DNA of 49,094 nucleotides. It comes from an uncultured Melioribacter sp. GTDB lineage: Bacteria; Bacteroidota; Ignavibacteria; Ignavibacteriales; Melioribacteraceae. The notes beneath the pieces are model-generated. The model saw only the letters and a program-made list of their open reading frames with translations, searched no databases and was not told the DNA's origin. The DNA lies in contig CAYZGB010000003.1 in assembly GCA_964477915.1 (NCBI GenBank), positions 1-49,094 of the forward strand. Reading direction: 5' to 3'. Position 1 is the stretch's first letter, and the number at the start of each line of letters is the position of its first letter. This document shows positions 47,744 through 49,094 of the stretch, in pieces. The position numbers were made by a program, and so were the translations under genes.

Positions 47744-47902
47744 AATTTAATCCTTAATTTTTTTACGACGCATTATTTTAATACAGCAATTAAGTGCATA
47801 TTTTATGCCAACACAATAATTAAAATCGTTGGGCTAAATATTTCAAACTTTTGCCTTAAAATAAGCAGTTGCCTAATATTAGCCAAATAGAAATTCGATT
47901 TA

Positions 47903-48724
47903 TTACAGATATTTTTTTGAAACGTGTTTGATAATTTTATTGTAAGCATCATCAACAGTATCGCAAAAATCAAATAATTTTAAGTCTTTTTTGCTAATTG
48001 TTCCGGCATCAACAAATTCTTGGAAATTGATTGTCTTTTTCCAATATTCCGAACCGTAGATAATGATTTTCAAATCCTTATGGATTTTACGAGTTTGAAC
48101 TAATGTCATCGCTTCAAAAAGTTCGTCCATTGTTCCGAAACCGCCCGGGAAAACTATTAAAGCTTTAGCCATATAAATAAGCCAAAATTTACGTACAAAA
48201 AAGTAATGAAATTCAAAAGCCAATTCGGGCGAAACGTAGTCGTTTACGTATTGTTCAAACGGCAAACTAATATTCATACCAATTGATTTTCCTTTCGCTT
48301 CTTTTGCCCCGCGGTTAGCCGCTTCCATAATTCCAGGACCACCACCACTTGCAATAATAAATTTTCTTTCGGGATGGCCGAGTTCATTTGACCAAAGTGT
48401 TAAACGTTTCGCCAATTCGCGTGCATCTTCGTAGTATTTCGAAAATTCCAAATCTCTTTCGGCTTTTTGTAATTTTTGCTTGTAATTTCTGCCTTTATTC
48501 TTTTGTTTTTTCAACTCACGTAAATTCTTTTGTGCTTCCGCTTTTGATAATAACCTTGCAGAACCGAAAAACACAAAAGTATCGGTAATTCCATATTTAC
48601 TAAATCTTGCATCCGGTTCAATAAATTCTGCAAGTACACGAATTTCCCTTGCTTCGTGCGAAGTCAGAAACTCAATATTTTTATACGCTTTTTTAGGTTT
48701 AATTTTTTTCTTGTTCATTTTCAC
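47903..48724 (-). CDS. LOG-family / TIGR00730 Rossmann-fold nucleotide-binding protein (cytokinin riboside 5'-monophosphate phosphoribohydrolase-like)
   Basis: GGGPGIMEAANRGA and PGGFGTMDELFE motifs. Confidence 0.85.
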   Translation of the reverse strand: MKMNKKKIKPKKAYKNIEFLTSHEAREIRVLAEFIEPDARFSKYGITDTFVFFGSARLLSKAEAQKNLRELKKQKNKGRNYKQKLQKAERDLEFSKYYEDARELAKRLTLWSNELGHPERKFIIASGGGPGIMEAANRGAKEAKGKSIGMNISLPFEQYVNDYVSPELAFEFHYFFVRKFWLIYMAKALIVFPGGFGTMDELFEAMTLVQTRKIHKDLKIIIYGSEYWKKTINFQEFVDAGTISKKDLKLFDFCDTVDDAYNKIIKHVSKKYL

Positions 48725-48740
48725 TCCAATTTTTTAAAAT

Positions 48741-48767
48741 AAAAATTCCCCGTTATCTGGCGGGGAA
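48741..48767 (-). terminator. Rho-independent terminator after the OsmC-like gene
   Basis: On the minus strand: ttccccg-ccagataa-cggggaa followed by tttttatttt. Confidence 0.55.
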
Positions 48768-48788
48768 TAATATTAAATAATCTTTAAA

Positions 48789-49094
48789 TTAATTTTCTTC
48801 GCTGGTATCAACAATTTTATATGTGTGAGTAATTTCAACAGAAGGTCTTAACATTGCAGTAACACCGCAATATTTATCCTGCGAAAGTTCAATTGCTCTT
48901 TCAATATCTTTTTGTTTTACGTTTTTACCGTAAAAAACATATTCGAGTTTAATGCTTTTATATACTTTCGGGTGTTCTTCGGTTTCTTCGGCGGTAATGT
49001 TCATTTCAAAACCGTCAAGTTTAACTCTCTTCTTTTGAAGTATTGCCGCTACGTCGCTTGCAGTACAACCGCCCAAGCTTAAAAGCAAAAGTTC
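48789..49094 (-). CDS. OsmC/Ohr-family protein, C-terminal part (5' end beyond the window)
   Basis: The frame is open to the window edge (ELLLLSLGGCTASDV...). The two conserved Cys contexts are GGCTAS and DKYCGV. Confidence 0.8.
   Translation of the reverse strand, partial: ELLLLSLGGCTASDVAAILQKKRVKLDGFEMNITAEETEEHPKVYKSIKLEYVFYGKNVKQKDIERAIELSQDKYCGVTAMLRPSVEITHTYKIVDTSEEN

Noticed and set aside
47869-47886. Near-palindrome ttgcctaatattagccaa between the LOG gene and the TPR operon
   Set aside because: It is imperfect (one mismatch per arm) and almost entirely A/T. It is indistinguishable from chance in this composition and is too weak to serve as a terminator.
1-49094. Whole-window search by eye for CRISPR arrays, tRNA/rRNA genes, transposases, integrases, phage genes and toxin-antitoxin pairs
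   Set aside because: I found no regularly spaced direct repeats and no tRNA-like T-arm or acceptor patterns. No ORF has DDE, tyrosine-recombinase or serine-recombinase motifs. All long ORFs are accounted for by the genes listed.

Overview
A 49.1 kb low-GC chromosomal segment, about one third G+C by eye. It is tightly packed with roughly 36 protein genes. I saw no rRNA, tRNA, CRISPR array, transposase or phage gene. A C-terminal type IX secretion (T9SS) sorting domain, the lipoprotein and TPR content and the overall gene set suggest an FCB-group bacterium (Ignavibacteria/Bacteroidota-like); this is a guess from memory, not a search result. All domain calls are by-eye motif recognition on the supplied translations, with no HMM or BLAST.

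Positions 1-20.9 kb are ordinary housekeeping genes:
- sufBCDS plus a DUF59 gene and an Rrf2 regulator
- maeB
- a YkuD-like gene and an Omp85/BamA-like gene
- ilvE, sthA, a periplasmic thioredoxin-like gene and pyrE
- pterin-4a-carbinolamine dehydratase, clpC, tonB, pheA and a DUF1684 gene

The remaining ~27 kb holds two minus-strand accessory-looking clusters.

(A) 20.9-35.9 kb looks like a non-canonical synthase-dependent exopolysaccharide secretion locus. In transcription order it encodes:
- a GH9 endoglucanase lipoprotein
- a KaiC/RecA-like protein with a degenerate Walker A motif
- a TPR plus beta-barrel outer-membrane protein
- a processive GT2 synthase with a QxxRW motif
- a small single-TM disordered protein
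- a 660-aa periplasmic protein with a CE4-like domain
- a lipoprotein with five Fn3 domains
- a PAS hybrid sensor kinase whose 5' end is split by an 11-nt poly(A) tract

(B) 36.5-47.7 kb encodes a nine-repeat Ser/Thr/Tyr-rich T9SS cargo protein. Just upstream of it lies an overlapping four-gene operon:
- a five-module TPR scaffold
- a SunS-like GT2-TPR
- a double TPR-GT9
- a single TPR-GT9
I interpret this operon as a candidate cytoplasmic protein-glycosylation system.

Smaller items include an attenuator-like leader upstream of ilvE, an unlisted 30-codon ORF, and a few palindromes and inverted repeats.
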